Source of the DNA: Phoronis australis
Lineage: Eukaryota > Animalia > Phoronida
Length of the DNA: 64,000 nucleotides
Assembly (NCBI GenBank): GCA_002633005.1
Contig: NMRA01000044.1
Location: forward strand, 462,594-526,593
Direction: 5' to 3'
The stretch's first letter is position 1; each line of letters opens with the position of its first letter. The notes beneath the pieces are model-generated. The model had not been told where the DNA came from, did no database searches, and saw only the letters and a program-made list of their open reading frames with translations. Of this stretch, positions 1 through 11,400 are shown piece by piece. The translations under genes and the position numbers were made by a program.

Positions 1-828
1 TGCCGATAGGTTTGACAAAATAAAATTCCAATTGTCCACCATCTTGTTTGCTAAATTGAAGAACATTTACTGAGCATTAAGTCCCAACAGGAAAACTGCA
101 TTTGCTTCTTGTTCCAGGAGCAGGTAAAAGGGTTAAAGCTCTCTAATATTGTGTGTTAAGCATTGCTAAATGGCTGCTGTCTAGACACCCAGTCAGCTGA
201 TTTGAAATAGTTTCCATTCCACTGCAGATTCTTTATCAGCATTAGTCTAGTGCAGGTACCTTGCTGAGCTGCAATGTGGCCCACTGTCCAACAGTATTGC
301 CGAGTTGTGGCTATGGACAAGGGAGTGGTTCACAAAGACAGTCTTTCGTATTACTGGTATCATCCCTTCCATGGTGGTAAGCGACGGGGTCAGTCCAATT
401 CGCTTATAATGTACTCTTGTGGCAAGCACGTGGTATTGATAAATATGGACTAAAATGGTTAAAAGAACCATGTCCTTGTTGACGCCATTGTTGTTCTCTT
501 AGCCGACGTGTTGGAACTTGGTGAAATCTCCAACTTCTATCTCTGTTCCTATGGCATTGCAAAACTTGAACCATGTCAATCACCATGTCAGCGTGGTACA
601 AGTCAACATTGCCATTGGCCTTGTTGCTGTGGTAAATTTATCCCTCCTCTGCTGTCCTTGCTTTTGGTAAGGTCTGAGTGGCTGAAGGCAGCTCACATGT
701 ACCTTGTTTATTTACATGCATTTTTAAGATCTTCACTCTGGTAACCCTATTTAATGTAAAACCCAGGTCTTCTGATGGTACCATTGGCACTTGTGGTACA
801 TTTTATTTTCAGCTTAGAATTAAACTTA

Positions 829-1910
829 CAGTAAACGTTCGGGTTAATGCCCGTGCTCAGTTAACCACCCACCCCGTACTTTAGGTGGATTTTCGATTTA
901 ACCGCCCACTGCTCGGTTAAACGCCCCTCTGCGATTTTTGAAGATTTCCAGTTAAGCACCCATCCCCGACTTTTTAAGATTGAAGATTTAGCGCCTAGTG
1001 TTAGGAAATGCGCGACTCCCGACTTTTAGATACAAATGATGATCACAACGAGCGCAACGACACTGGGCCTCTAGGACGGCGGTTTGACACAGTGAATTAC
1101 AATACAAGTATCGATATATTGTCCCGGGTGATGGACTTACTTCAAAATATAATATTTGAACATTTTTTGTCATCTGCGACGCAGACTGACTGAAAATTGG
1201 TGATAAGGTTGGTAGGAGGTGCACCCAGCTAGCTACGGGTATGGCACACTCGGGCTTAGGGAACATTGAGCCGGAAAATATCGAAGTAGACTTGACATCC
1301 CAGTTTTGGAGGACATTGGAACGGAGGAATATCGTAAAGCACAGGGTCTTTCCTAACAACAGCTTAAAAGTACAGTATCACACTGGTTTCTTTTACTTGA
1401 TGTCAGCTTTGACCTGACTGCAGCATGTGAAGCTTGTACGCGCGCACTTTTGCTGTGTTACCGCCTGCAATCCAAGTGGAGCGCTGCGTGGTCACTGGTC
1501 ATTTGCGCACTACAGTTCTAACAAACTAACAAGACCGCAGGATGGTACGGATCTATTACTCAGCAATTTTTTAAATTTAATTATGAATGACTAATCTGAG
1601 GGCAACAGAACCTTTGTTGGGATCATCCGCTGTTATGAAGTTTTTAGTGTCATTTGGCGATGTGACGATAAGCTCTTTGAAAAGTGCTACGGGTTCCGAG
1701 TACGTGTGTCGTGTGGGGACTTAGATCACGAGGCAAGATTAACCGCCCAGGGCGGTTGTCTGTTGTAATAAGCGCCCATGTTCAGTTAACCGCCCACCCT
1801 GGATTTCTTGAAATTTCACGTTTAAGCACCCATGTCTGGTTAACCGCCCACCCTCGATTTTTTGGGTTTGCCAATTTAACCGCCCAGGGCGTTAACCCGA
1901 ACATTTACGG
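829..1910. mobile_element. Non-autonomous TIR DNA transposon, pogo/Tc1-mariner-like
   Basis: 24-bp TIR, CAGTAAACGTTCGGGTTAATGCCC vs CCGTAAATGTTCGGGTTAACGCCC (3 mismatches). TA on the left flank, right flank degenerate. About 10 subterminal TTAACCGCCCA-like repeats; CpG-rich interior; no transposase ORF. Confidence 0.8.
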
Positions 1911-3540
1911 TTATAGCGACATCTACGGTAAGAATTCCTCAGAAAAAAGAAAGAATGGACTCTTTCAGATATCCTTTTTGATACAGAAAACCTAGTGATA
2001 GCCTCTGACGTAAATAGATATTGCAGGTAAAGTGACAATTGGAAATTGAGCATAAACCCCATGAGAGATCTATGAGCCTTTAAAATTTCTAGATATGCTT
2101 TCCATAACGAGTAAATGCCATGCGGCAAATAATATTTGTTAACGTCATAGACTATCCATACGTTTTCTCCACATCAAAACGGATGGCTGAAAGTGTAAAT
2201 TATGGCAGACAGGAGTGGAATTTCGTTTTGTTAACTTTCTCATCAAAAATAATTATAGAAGAAATGATTATTTTTAGAGATGTTCACTTCTTTGTTACCT
2301 CGATTTGTACATTGCAGCTATGACCAAATAAATTTAATAAAACTTTGAGCATTTGCAAGAATGTAGTAAGCCTCCAAAAAGTTGAAAAAAACCATTTGAC
2401 CAATTCTCTTTCACCCAGTAGTGTGGACGGCACTGAATATTACCTACGTCTTTGGGCAGCAAAAGTGAAATGACATGCGTCAGATCATACCTATTTTAAG
2501 CTTGTGTGACACTAATGAATAACAAGGAAGCATTCTACCTTTGACTATTACCGTAAGTTTTTTAAGAGCACAAAAGCTTTTGCTTGACCCAATGTCTAGG
2601 TCTAATTCTGGTTTTCATATTAGGTCGAGTTGACAGGGAGGAAACAAAATTTCATTCATTTACGAACATTTTGAGGTGTCAAGATTTTTGTGTGAACTAT
2701 TTCAATATCCCAGCACACAACTGTGGCAATTTGACGGCATTATGGTCACTAAGATTTTTTTAAATCGGAAATTTATTCTGCTTCATTACATCCGTGTAAG
2801 AATGCAGAACACATCGACTACACTCTTGCCATGCGGTGACATTACATGTATCATCATATGGCCTTTCTATGGGAAAATCGCTGCAAGAGGCTCTCAAAGC
2901 AACGTAAATGGCTGTCAGTTAAATTTTGCAGTTTTCATATTGGGTGTTTAATATCAGCATGCACCAGTTGGGTTTGTCTTCCGTGACAGTCCAAATCCAT
3001 TTATAGCTAAATGAAGAAGCACATGGACAAATATTGGAGAAAACGAATGTGAAATTCTGAAAAACATGGGGTTGTTGGTTTGCGTTTGGCATCTGCACCA
3101 AGACAGTACTTAACTTCTGATTCAGACATTAGTGATGTTGAGATAGATTCAGAGTCGAGATAGTGAACTGCTTTCCATCAAATCCATCACGTTGTTTTTC
3201 GTTGCCATGAAAACAAATAGGTTTTAGTGTTCAATATTAAGTTTTCGCTTTATGATTAAACACATACATTTGAAGCTATGGCAGTGTTTTTAATGAGCGT
3301 TTGAATTCTGTTGGCTCTACGTGATTCTGTTATGTGGAAACGTATTATTTAGATGGAAAGCTTATAAAGATGAATGATTGGATTTAGCTGTGACATCGTG
3401 ACATTTGTGGTAGCATGAAATTAGAGGTATTAAGTAAACCTTCTTCAGGTTGGACAGTTTCTCGAATTTGGGACATTCAAATTTGAGCCTATATTACATT
3501 TTTATACGCCAACATATTAATATGTGAACCCAGTATGCCG

Positions 3541-3845
3541 TCATCCGCGTCCAGCATACACTGCTGTATCTCCAAAACCCTTCGACATATGTTCTTGAAA
3601 GTTTCCAGACATGCTTATTGTATGGATGGTACGGTGTGAGCGAATTTTCGGATGGATCCGACTACTAGTGTACCCCCTAGTCGCATTTTTAGTTTTTTAT
3701 GTTTACCTCTGTATCTTTGAAGGTCCTCAATGGATATTTCATAAAATTTAGCTAGTAGGTATCTATTAGTGAGACGTCAATACCTGTCCATTTTCGGATG
3801 GGTTCAAAAATATTTTGCACCACCTGGTGGCCATTTTTTGTTTTC
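3541..3845. repeat. Two ~150-bp diverged tandem units, homologous to 47960-48480
   Basis: Shared blocks TTACCTCTGTATCTT, TTTCATRAAATTT, CTATTAGTG, CCATTTTCGGATGG and GTGGCCATTTTT occur in both loci. Confidence 0.75.
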
Positions 3846-4226
3846 GAGAACCATGTGGGCTCATTTCAACATTCTGCATTACTCTTGCTTTAGAGTGTAG
3901 TATTGTGGTGAATTGCTAATCATTGCTGGTTGGTGTTTTTAATTCTTGAATTTGGGATGGATAGTATTGCCTGTGCATTTCCAAAATTTGATAAAAGCTC
4001 CAACCTAGACTAAAATAATTACGGTAATTTGTCACTGTCCCAAATTGGAGAATTTTACAGTTAATGCTATACATGTTGGGATTTACGGGAACTCAGATTA
4101 TCATGTTGAGTTGCATACATCGTAGTGATAATACCTTCTAGTATCATACCTGTAAGGCTGTAGAACAATTAGCACAGAAAATTGGGTGGTAAAATCTCAG
4201 CAAATGTGGAGAAATTTGTCAGAATT

Positions 4227-5334
4227 GACCTTACGCCAGAAAATGAATGACAGGTGTGATTGACCAATCAGAATGCTGCATTCTGGACACTCCTCCAGAC
4301 TGTAGTTCAAGTCACCATCTTGTCCGGCAAACATGAGTGGCTGTAGGACAAAACACGTTCAACTAATGTGCATTTTAAATGGCCAGTAGGTGTTGTTGTG
4401 GTGTATGTAATTAAAACAGTCATTATGCCGACAGAGATGAAAGTCCTGTCAATTTTTGGCCTTTTCCAAAGCCTAAAAGTGACTTTGTAATGAGCAAACG
4501 GTGGATTAATTAAACTAGCTGTGTGTACTCCTGCACGAGCATTGTTTGACCACTTGAAAGCTAAACACAAGTATGTTTTAAGGTATGCACTCTTTTTAAT
4601 ATTTCTTCCCAATATCGGAATTTTGGCTCTGGATTATAGTCTTTGTTAAGTGTGTGACCCACCGCCTCTGCGATCACTTTCTGGTTTATTATAACCATAC
4701 ATGACAACCATTTCCATAGCACTGACGAAGACTCCGCAAGTGTGCTTTGTTTAGTCTGTCTTCGGAGGTCATAACCACGGTCACCACTCAAATACTAACG
4801 GGGTTAGACTCCTGTTTCTTCATCAAAATCACTTCCTTTGAAATGTGAATTTGAATGGTTACAGTTACTCTGAATTCCGACCTGTTACGTGTGTCTGTCA
4901 CGGCGCCGGCTCGACCATCGGCGATCACTGGACACGAAATTTTCAGCTAAATTGTTACAGTTACAGCTCAGTAGGTTTCTTCATCCCCTCAATATTTTAG
5001 TAAAACGTCCGTTTTGCTTTGTGTTATTCATTTAAGATTTTTACTATTATTTTTAACCACGTTAGTGCAGTTTTTGTCGACGCTGACGTCAACTCTATGA
5101 GGCTTGTCGGATTTGCGTTGACTTCTGAAACATCCACGGGTGTAGGAACCTTTTCTGAAGGCTCTTGCCTTTTGTCTTTGTCATGGCGAGATTCATAGAG
5201 AAGATAATGTTCGCCAAAGTCTGCGTGAATATCAGTTAGCACACCGGTCTTGCTTGACCAAGCCATTCTCTGATGTCGGGACGTTCGCATCACATGACAT
5301 CATAGGCGTAGCGATCTTCTGCTGGCGTAAGGTC
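4227..5334. mobile_element. Non-autonomous TIR element with AATT flanks (Sola1-like by TSD)
   Basis: Perfect 13-bp TIR GACCTTACGCCAG/CTGGCGTAAGGTC with AATT on both sides; CpG-rich interior. Superfamily assignment is inferred from the TSD only. Confidence 0.7.
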
Positions 5335-8296
5335 AATTGATAGTTTTCCAAAACTTCTAACGTTGCGAATCTCGTCCAACCTGAAAATTGTCAGTAGGAT
5401 ATGCTAGGGTACTCGACTCTGTAGCCATCGCAGTGCTACTTCTGCGTCATGTTTCAGCAAAATTCATGCAAGTCGGAATTTCTTGTCCTGAGTTAAAAAT
5501 GGTCAACAGGTGGTTATATGGTAGCCAAATCCACATGAAAGGTAAAGCAGTCTAATTGTAGTAGTAATAAACACCTTAGAAGCATATTGTTTGTGGTGTA
5601 GTCGTGGGTTTTTGATATTTGGCTCCCAAAATCAAGACATTAATGGCCCTGTCATTACTGCAGTAAAACCTTGCCTACTAAGTGCCATAAAGTCTTGCTA
5701 ATTTCGTATAAAAGCACTAGACAAAAATGCCCCTCTTCGTTTTCCAAGGGCTTCTTACATTGTAATTGTGAATGCCCACAGTTCTCCAGGACCATCTACT
5801 GGTATCTGTGGTGCAAAACATGGAAAGGAATTTGATTTTGGTACTACACGTTTCATAGAAAAAATGGTAAAGCAAAATTTACCTTACCGCCCATGTTGCA
5901 TCCTTAATTGTTTATTGGACATTCTTTTCATGAAAATCATACATGTCTCTCTCTTTGAGGCTTTTCCATTTTTTAAGTTCTGTACTCTAATAAACTATGT
6001 AATGTCTTTTGAACAGCTGTGGTCATTTGCAACAATGTTAAGGGCCAATGAAAAATGAGTGATTCCTGTGTGACATTGGTGAGGTGTTATTGTAATAGTA
6101 GGTGCTTGATGGCCAATTAAAGTTAGACACTGTGATCATGTGTTAGCTGACTCCCTAATGAAGAGGATTGGGCTGTCCAACACATTGACCTTGAATGTTT
6201 CACTCATGACACCTTTGGCGTTTCCCGTTTTATTGGCTTCTTTTTTATTGCCTTGGTGCTCACAGTGCTGTTTATGGGTGGCTGTTGAACATTTGCGGTG
6301 CTAATTGTTATTAGCAGATTTATTTCATTCTTGAACTTTCCAGTTTCAGATCGAATCGATCATCATTGTTCTATAGATCAACTAAACATGGCATATTTTA
6401 CAGCTTGTCTACTCTCCTACATCGCCAGTTCACCTTAATTATCACGTTTTTAGTACTGAGCTCTCATACATGCACTTTATGAATGTCATGAGCATATTTT
6501 CCTAATCTTCAAAATTACCATCCAGGATGCATTTTGTGTTTGCAAAGGTGTACACGTGTGTGTACTTTGCGTATGAGCGTGGATTCTGAGTAGTAGCTTG
6601 TTCAGTTATTATATTCGTTCAATGATTGAACTCGAAGCCAGATATTCTTTATTGCGGCGGCCAGAGGCTGAAATTAGCGTTCCTCATTCTGTGCTCACTG
6701 TCGATGGTGTCCGACACGGTAGGTATGGGAGTCATCTTAGAATCAGATATACAATAGCAGGCAGAGGTTGAAATTAGCATGCATTATTACCAGCTCATTA
6801 TCAATCGTGAGAGTCTGACCAATAATACCCACTAATGCATGCTATCGACAAATCTTAGACAACCAATAGCTAACTGCACGTGTAACCTTGAGAACTTTGA
6901 GCAAGTGTCAGATCAGGTGGCAGGCTATTTATTGGCTTATTGTCAGATTCTATCCAACTAATAATGCATTTGCTAATTATTGAACCCTTGCTAATAACAT
7001 TTGTTGTTGCTTTATTGAAACCTGTTTTGTGCAGGCCACGAGGTAGTGGTGTCGATGATCTCTTATATAACTGTTAAGTAATTTCGTTCATCATTTGGTG
7101 CAACTTTTTGAGTTTTTTTTCATAATAATCAAAAGAGACCTATTTTTGATAGCCCCTCATGCAAAAGTGGAACTCTTTTGAACAGCGCATAAAGTATAGT
7201 CCTGTCCAAACACAGCTTACACTAGTGCAACTTACCCCATCTTTGAGTGTATCCAATAACTAGGGTAAAGCGGAAGTTGTCGTTCTGTGCATGACCATGA
7301 ACATCTAAATTAATGCGAGTATGGCGCTTGAAAAACGTGTGTAACCTGTTCTAGAGTCAGTCTGTGTGTGGACGGCACTTGTGTTAATGATTCATTTGAA
7401 TTCATTCTGTCACTTCAAACAGAATGCTTCGAAGTTATTCAAATTTGGACGTTGTTCCTTAGATCACAGATTTTTGTCCAATTCCACAAGTTAGATATAA
7501 AAAATGTAGTCTCAATATTTGCCATTTGAAATTTGACTTGAGCTTTGACGCAGGACCACTTGTTAGGGAGCATGAGTAACCTAATATTAATTTGGCTCAA
7601 CTTGGCACCGAGGGGTGCTACTTGCTGGCACAGTCACACTTACCCCAGCTTGTCTGCTCCTGTGAACAGCATGGCTGGAAGGATTGAGCTATACGTTTCG
7701 ACTTCTGCAGGTGGCTAAACAGTACCAGTTGAAATCTCACCAATATTGGGCAAATTTATTTTGTCAAAAATTGAGATCTCTTTCAGTGATTCCCGAGTTT
7801 CTGACTCTTCTCATAGTGTTTTCATACGGTAGTGTATGGAACTTACACTAGATAAAGCATTGGTTTTGTCATATTTGTCTTTTATGAAGAAATGTAGAAT
7901 ATGATAATATTAATGAGATTTTGCTATATTACCCTTCACTGCAAACACTCAGCTAGCTGACTTAGAATTATTGACTGTGTGAGCGCAGCTTTACCACTCA
8001 CATGACTTGCACAGATCAACATGAGACTGGCTACATTCAGATATACGATAAAGCATTGGTTTCACGGCACTAGTCTGTCATCTTTCGTTTAGTTGAAATA
8101 CCTCTAGGTGGCACTGGTATCATGTCAGCATCACACCTACTTTTGGAAGTCTCATCAACATTGCTTTGAGCCTTTGCAAATTAGACACTGCCTTATCACT
8201 TGTGTCATTAACCTTTTTAAAAGATGTTCATAGATCTCCTAAGCTAGCATTACGTAGCTCGACTACTTAACTCTCATTCTGTCCATTTTTCTGCAG

Positions 8297-8450
8297 GGTC
8301 CCGGCAGCACACAGCCATCTCAGTACTTCTCTGGCTATGGGCCTCAGTACGGCCCAGCACACCCGTCCCAGTATGCTGGCCACCAGGGCGCACCACCCAT
8401 GCACGCGGTGCCACCGCCGCACCTCCACAGTTCGCCCCCGCCTTCTCAAG
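8297..8450 (+). CDS. FNDC3: FNDC3 exon a (Pro/His/Tyr-rich region)
   Basis: tttttctgcag|GGT...CAA G|gtaaga; GPGSTQPSQYFSGYGPQYGPAHPSQYAGHQGAPPMHAVPPPHLHSSPPPSQ. Confidence 0.85.
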
Positions 8451-11400
8451 GTAAGACACCACCTGCTGATTCGCTGCACAATTCATTCATGCCTCCTTCT
8501 TGGGAGGACTACTCGGTGCCTGTTCTCGTGTGCTGGTTGTTGGTTTGGGTTTTACAGCTGTTGTCCTGACAGTTTTGCTAACTTATATTTTATTCGACTG
8601 TATTGTAACTTGTTTGAGGGTAAGTGTGTGCAGACATCACTATGGACATGGCAGTAATAGTTGGTTTATATGATTTTTGTCCACACTCAATTCAGGCCTG
8701 ATAACATCAGGTAAATACCCTTTTATTGCCAGAACCCACTAGTCCAGTTAATGCAGATATCTCCAACAAAAGACTAACTGTGAATACCAGGATTTCCCCA
8801 GCTGTTACAACTGTATTATTGAGGCTTTCAGCACACAATCCCCAATGCATAGGCTCTGTATTGATATGCATGATAAAATTACCCTTTGTCATATCACAAC
8901 CCGCTATTTGTTTTGTTGGTGAATTCTGCTTGCACTCAGCTATGAGGATGGGAAATTCCCTGTGCACTCAGTTGTGGTGGGAAATTCCAGGTCCTTTTGT
9001 ATGGTTATTTTTGGCCAGTATTGTAAATGGGATGCTCAAATCTAGCCCTTGTATTTACCAGTGGCCTGTGCATAACATAAGATTTTCAATGTTGCCTTGC
9101 TTTCAAACAACATATGTTTGGGTTCAACTCAAAAACCAGGTCATGTGGTGTCGCCAGGTGTATAATTGTACACGTCAACTAACTGATTGGTTATCTAGGG
9201 TGCATTGTACATACTTCAGCAACACAGGACAGGGGCTCAACAAGTAACACATTGGATCCTTGTGACAGAGCAGTAATTGCTTTGGTAATCTGATTTACAC
9301 TGACACAACCGTTTTTGTCATAACAATGGACAATTTACCAGGTAATATATTTACAGTGAGAGGTTTATGTTCCCTTTCTGAGTGTGTCCAGTGAAATGAC
9401 ACCTGACGTATGTATGGTACCTGTTCACGTATGTATGGTACCTGTTCACGTGAGCGTTCATGCATGCATAATTGACAGTGGAAAGCCTGCTTACCTGACA
9501 CTTTGCTAATCAACAGTGTTGCACAGGTATTCATTTCTCTGGCACATTCAGGACAAGATTTGGTGACTTAGTGGAAAATCAAATATTTATAATGTCTAAG
9601 TTATGTTGGAGAGGCTGTGTCTAGGTTGTATTGGAGAGGTTATGCCCTAGGTAACGTGTTGGAGAATTGCACGTTTCTTCGTGTTTTCAAGCTGATGAAT
9701 CTACAGAGTGAGCCCCATCCAGTGAAACCCACTCCTCAAGTGTAATGCAGTTTGCCCCTTTTCAATTAATGGTCTTGGTGACTTACAGCTTCACTTTGAG
9801 AAATTTGTTTTGCTGCAGCATTGGTTTTTAGCTGCCCAGATGAAACTTTGTTGTAAAACCAGTTGAATTTGTTTAATTCCACCCACGACATATTTAGAAG
9901 TCAGATGTTGTTAGCATTACAGAATTAGGAGGATAGGACGTCAAAAGCTGTCTGCTCTTATATACATAGTTGTTATGAGGTTTTACCTCCATTTTCAGGC
10001 ATATCGATCATTTGAAATGCTATCAAAGCAGCTCAAGTGTCCAATCTGTGTTATCATGTTCAGTGAACATCAGACAGGGAATGGACAAAGGAATCAGCAG
10101 AAGATGAACTGTAGATGTAGATGGGGGGGAGGGGATTTTTCAAGTAAAAGTGCCAGGGTCAACTGTTGGGAGGTATGCCTTAAAACTGAGATTTGTGATC
10201 GTTGACAGGCACGGAGATCCCCTCTACAAGCCCATTGCAACAGACACTGTGCTTTAATTTCACTGCTCATACTCAGCAAGCCTGCTTGAGGAATTTTGCA
10301 AGTGTTTTAAAGGTTTCTTAGGGAAACTGCTTCGATTCCAAAGCATTCTTTTCTATATGCTTTGGCAAGTGAAAAACCGACCAACATGGTGTTGTGTTTC
10401 ATCTTCTATCCAGCATTTTGGGCAGCAGGAACTCTGTTGCTCAACCTGTTGTTTTCTTATGTTTCTGCAGGTTACAATGACCTGCTATCACCTACATTAC
10501 GAACTGCAGTTGAGACCTGGTACGGCGACTCTCCATTGTCGTAATTTTTTGTTAGACTCTTTTCGCCTAAGGCAATAGCATAGGATTTGCCAGAATGTTA
10601 ATGTTTTGAACATTGATGTTACATAATAACAATATGGCAAATTACTAAGGTGATAGGACACCTTTGGAAATGCTTATCGTAAGGTTATCTCAAATCTTAT
10701 TCACAAAAATTGACTATTTTTTTGCAATATTTCACATGTGATATATACTGTGTTGCGAGAAACACTTATCTGAGGTCAAACTTTACAGGGTTGTCACTCA
10801 AATCGAATCTCCCGCCAGGTACAGTGCAGTTTTGTATGTACCCTCAGTCCTTTCATTCACGGAGTCGCTGTAATATTGAGTCAACGAGGTGTACATGAGG
10901 TGTACATATGATAGAACAGTGCCGGGGAAAACAAAGACAAAACATAGTTTTGATCCTGAGCTGAGGGAGTTGTGCGTCCTACACGCATACGACCATTGAG
11001 AACAAATGACACAGCAAGTTGTGAAAGGAGATAAATCCTCACACAAATTCCTTTTGTTCAATAAGTAATTTTACATTTCCAGTTTCTCATGCGAATGACG
11101 GGCTTTAACCACCGACTCGATCTCTGTTATCCATTTCTTACTTGGTTTCGTATCAGTCTCCCGACACGTGATATGTACAGACTTGTATATATCATTGAAC
11201 TGGTGACCTACTTTTAAGTATGTCAAACAGCAATAACAGTTGATTCCACCTCTTGGCTGGGGATGGTACGTTTTAACGATAATTAAGTTAATTATGCACT
11301 GCAAATTCAGTTGACTTTGCAAGTGAATGTTGAAATAGCTAACATGTTTATAAGGCATATATAGGTTATATTGACCGAAAACAAGTTTTCACCGAATAAT

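Noticed and set aside
829-1910. CRISPR-like repeat-spacer pattern (TTAACCGCCCA repeats)
   Set aside because: Repeats are only ~11 bp, irregularly spaced, inside transposon TIRs in a eukaryotic intron, with no cas genes.
7035-7077. Strong acceptor (long AG-free zone, GCTAAT branch-like sites) upstream of FNDC3 exon a
   Set aside because: The 43-nt version ends in a stop in the required frame, and the 8-nt version needs an unseen phase-1 partner and has a weak donor. It cannot be supported without the upstream exon or RNA data.
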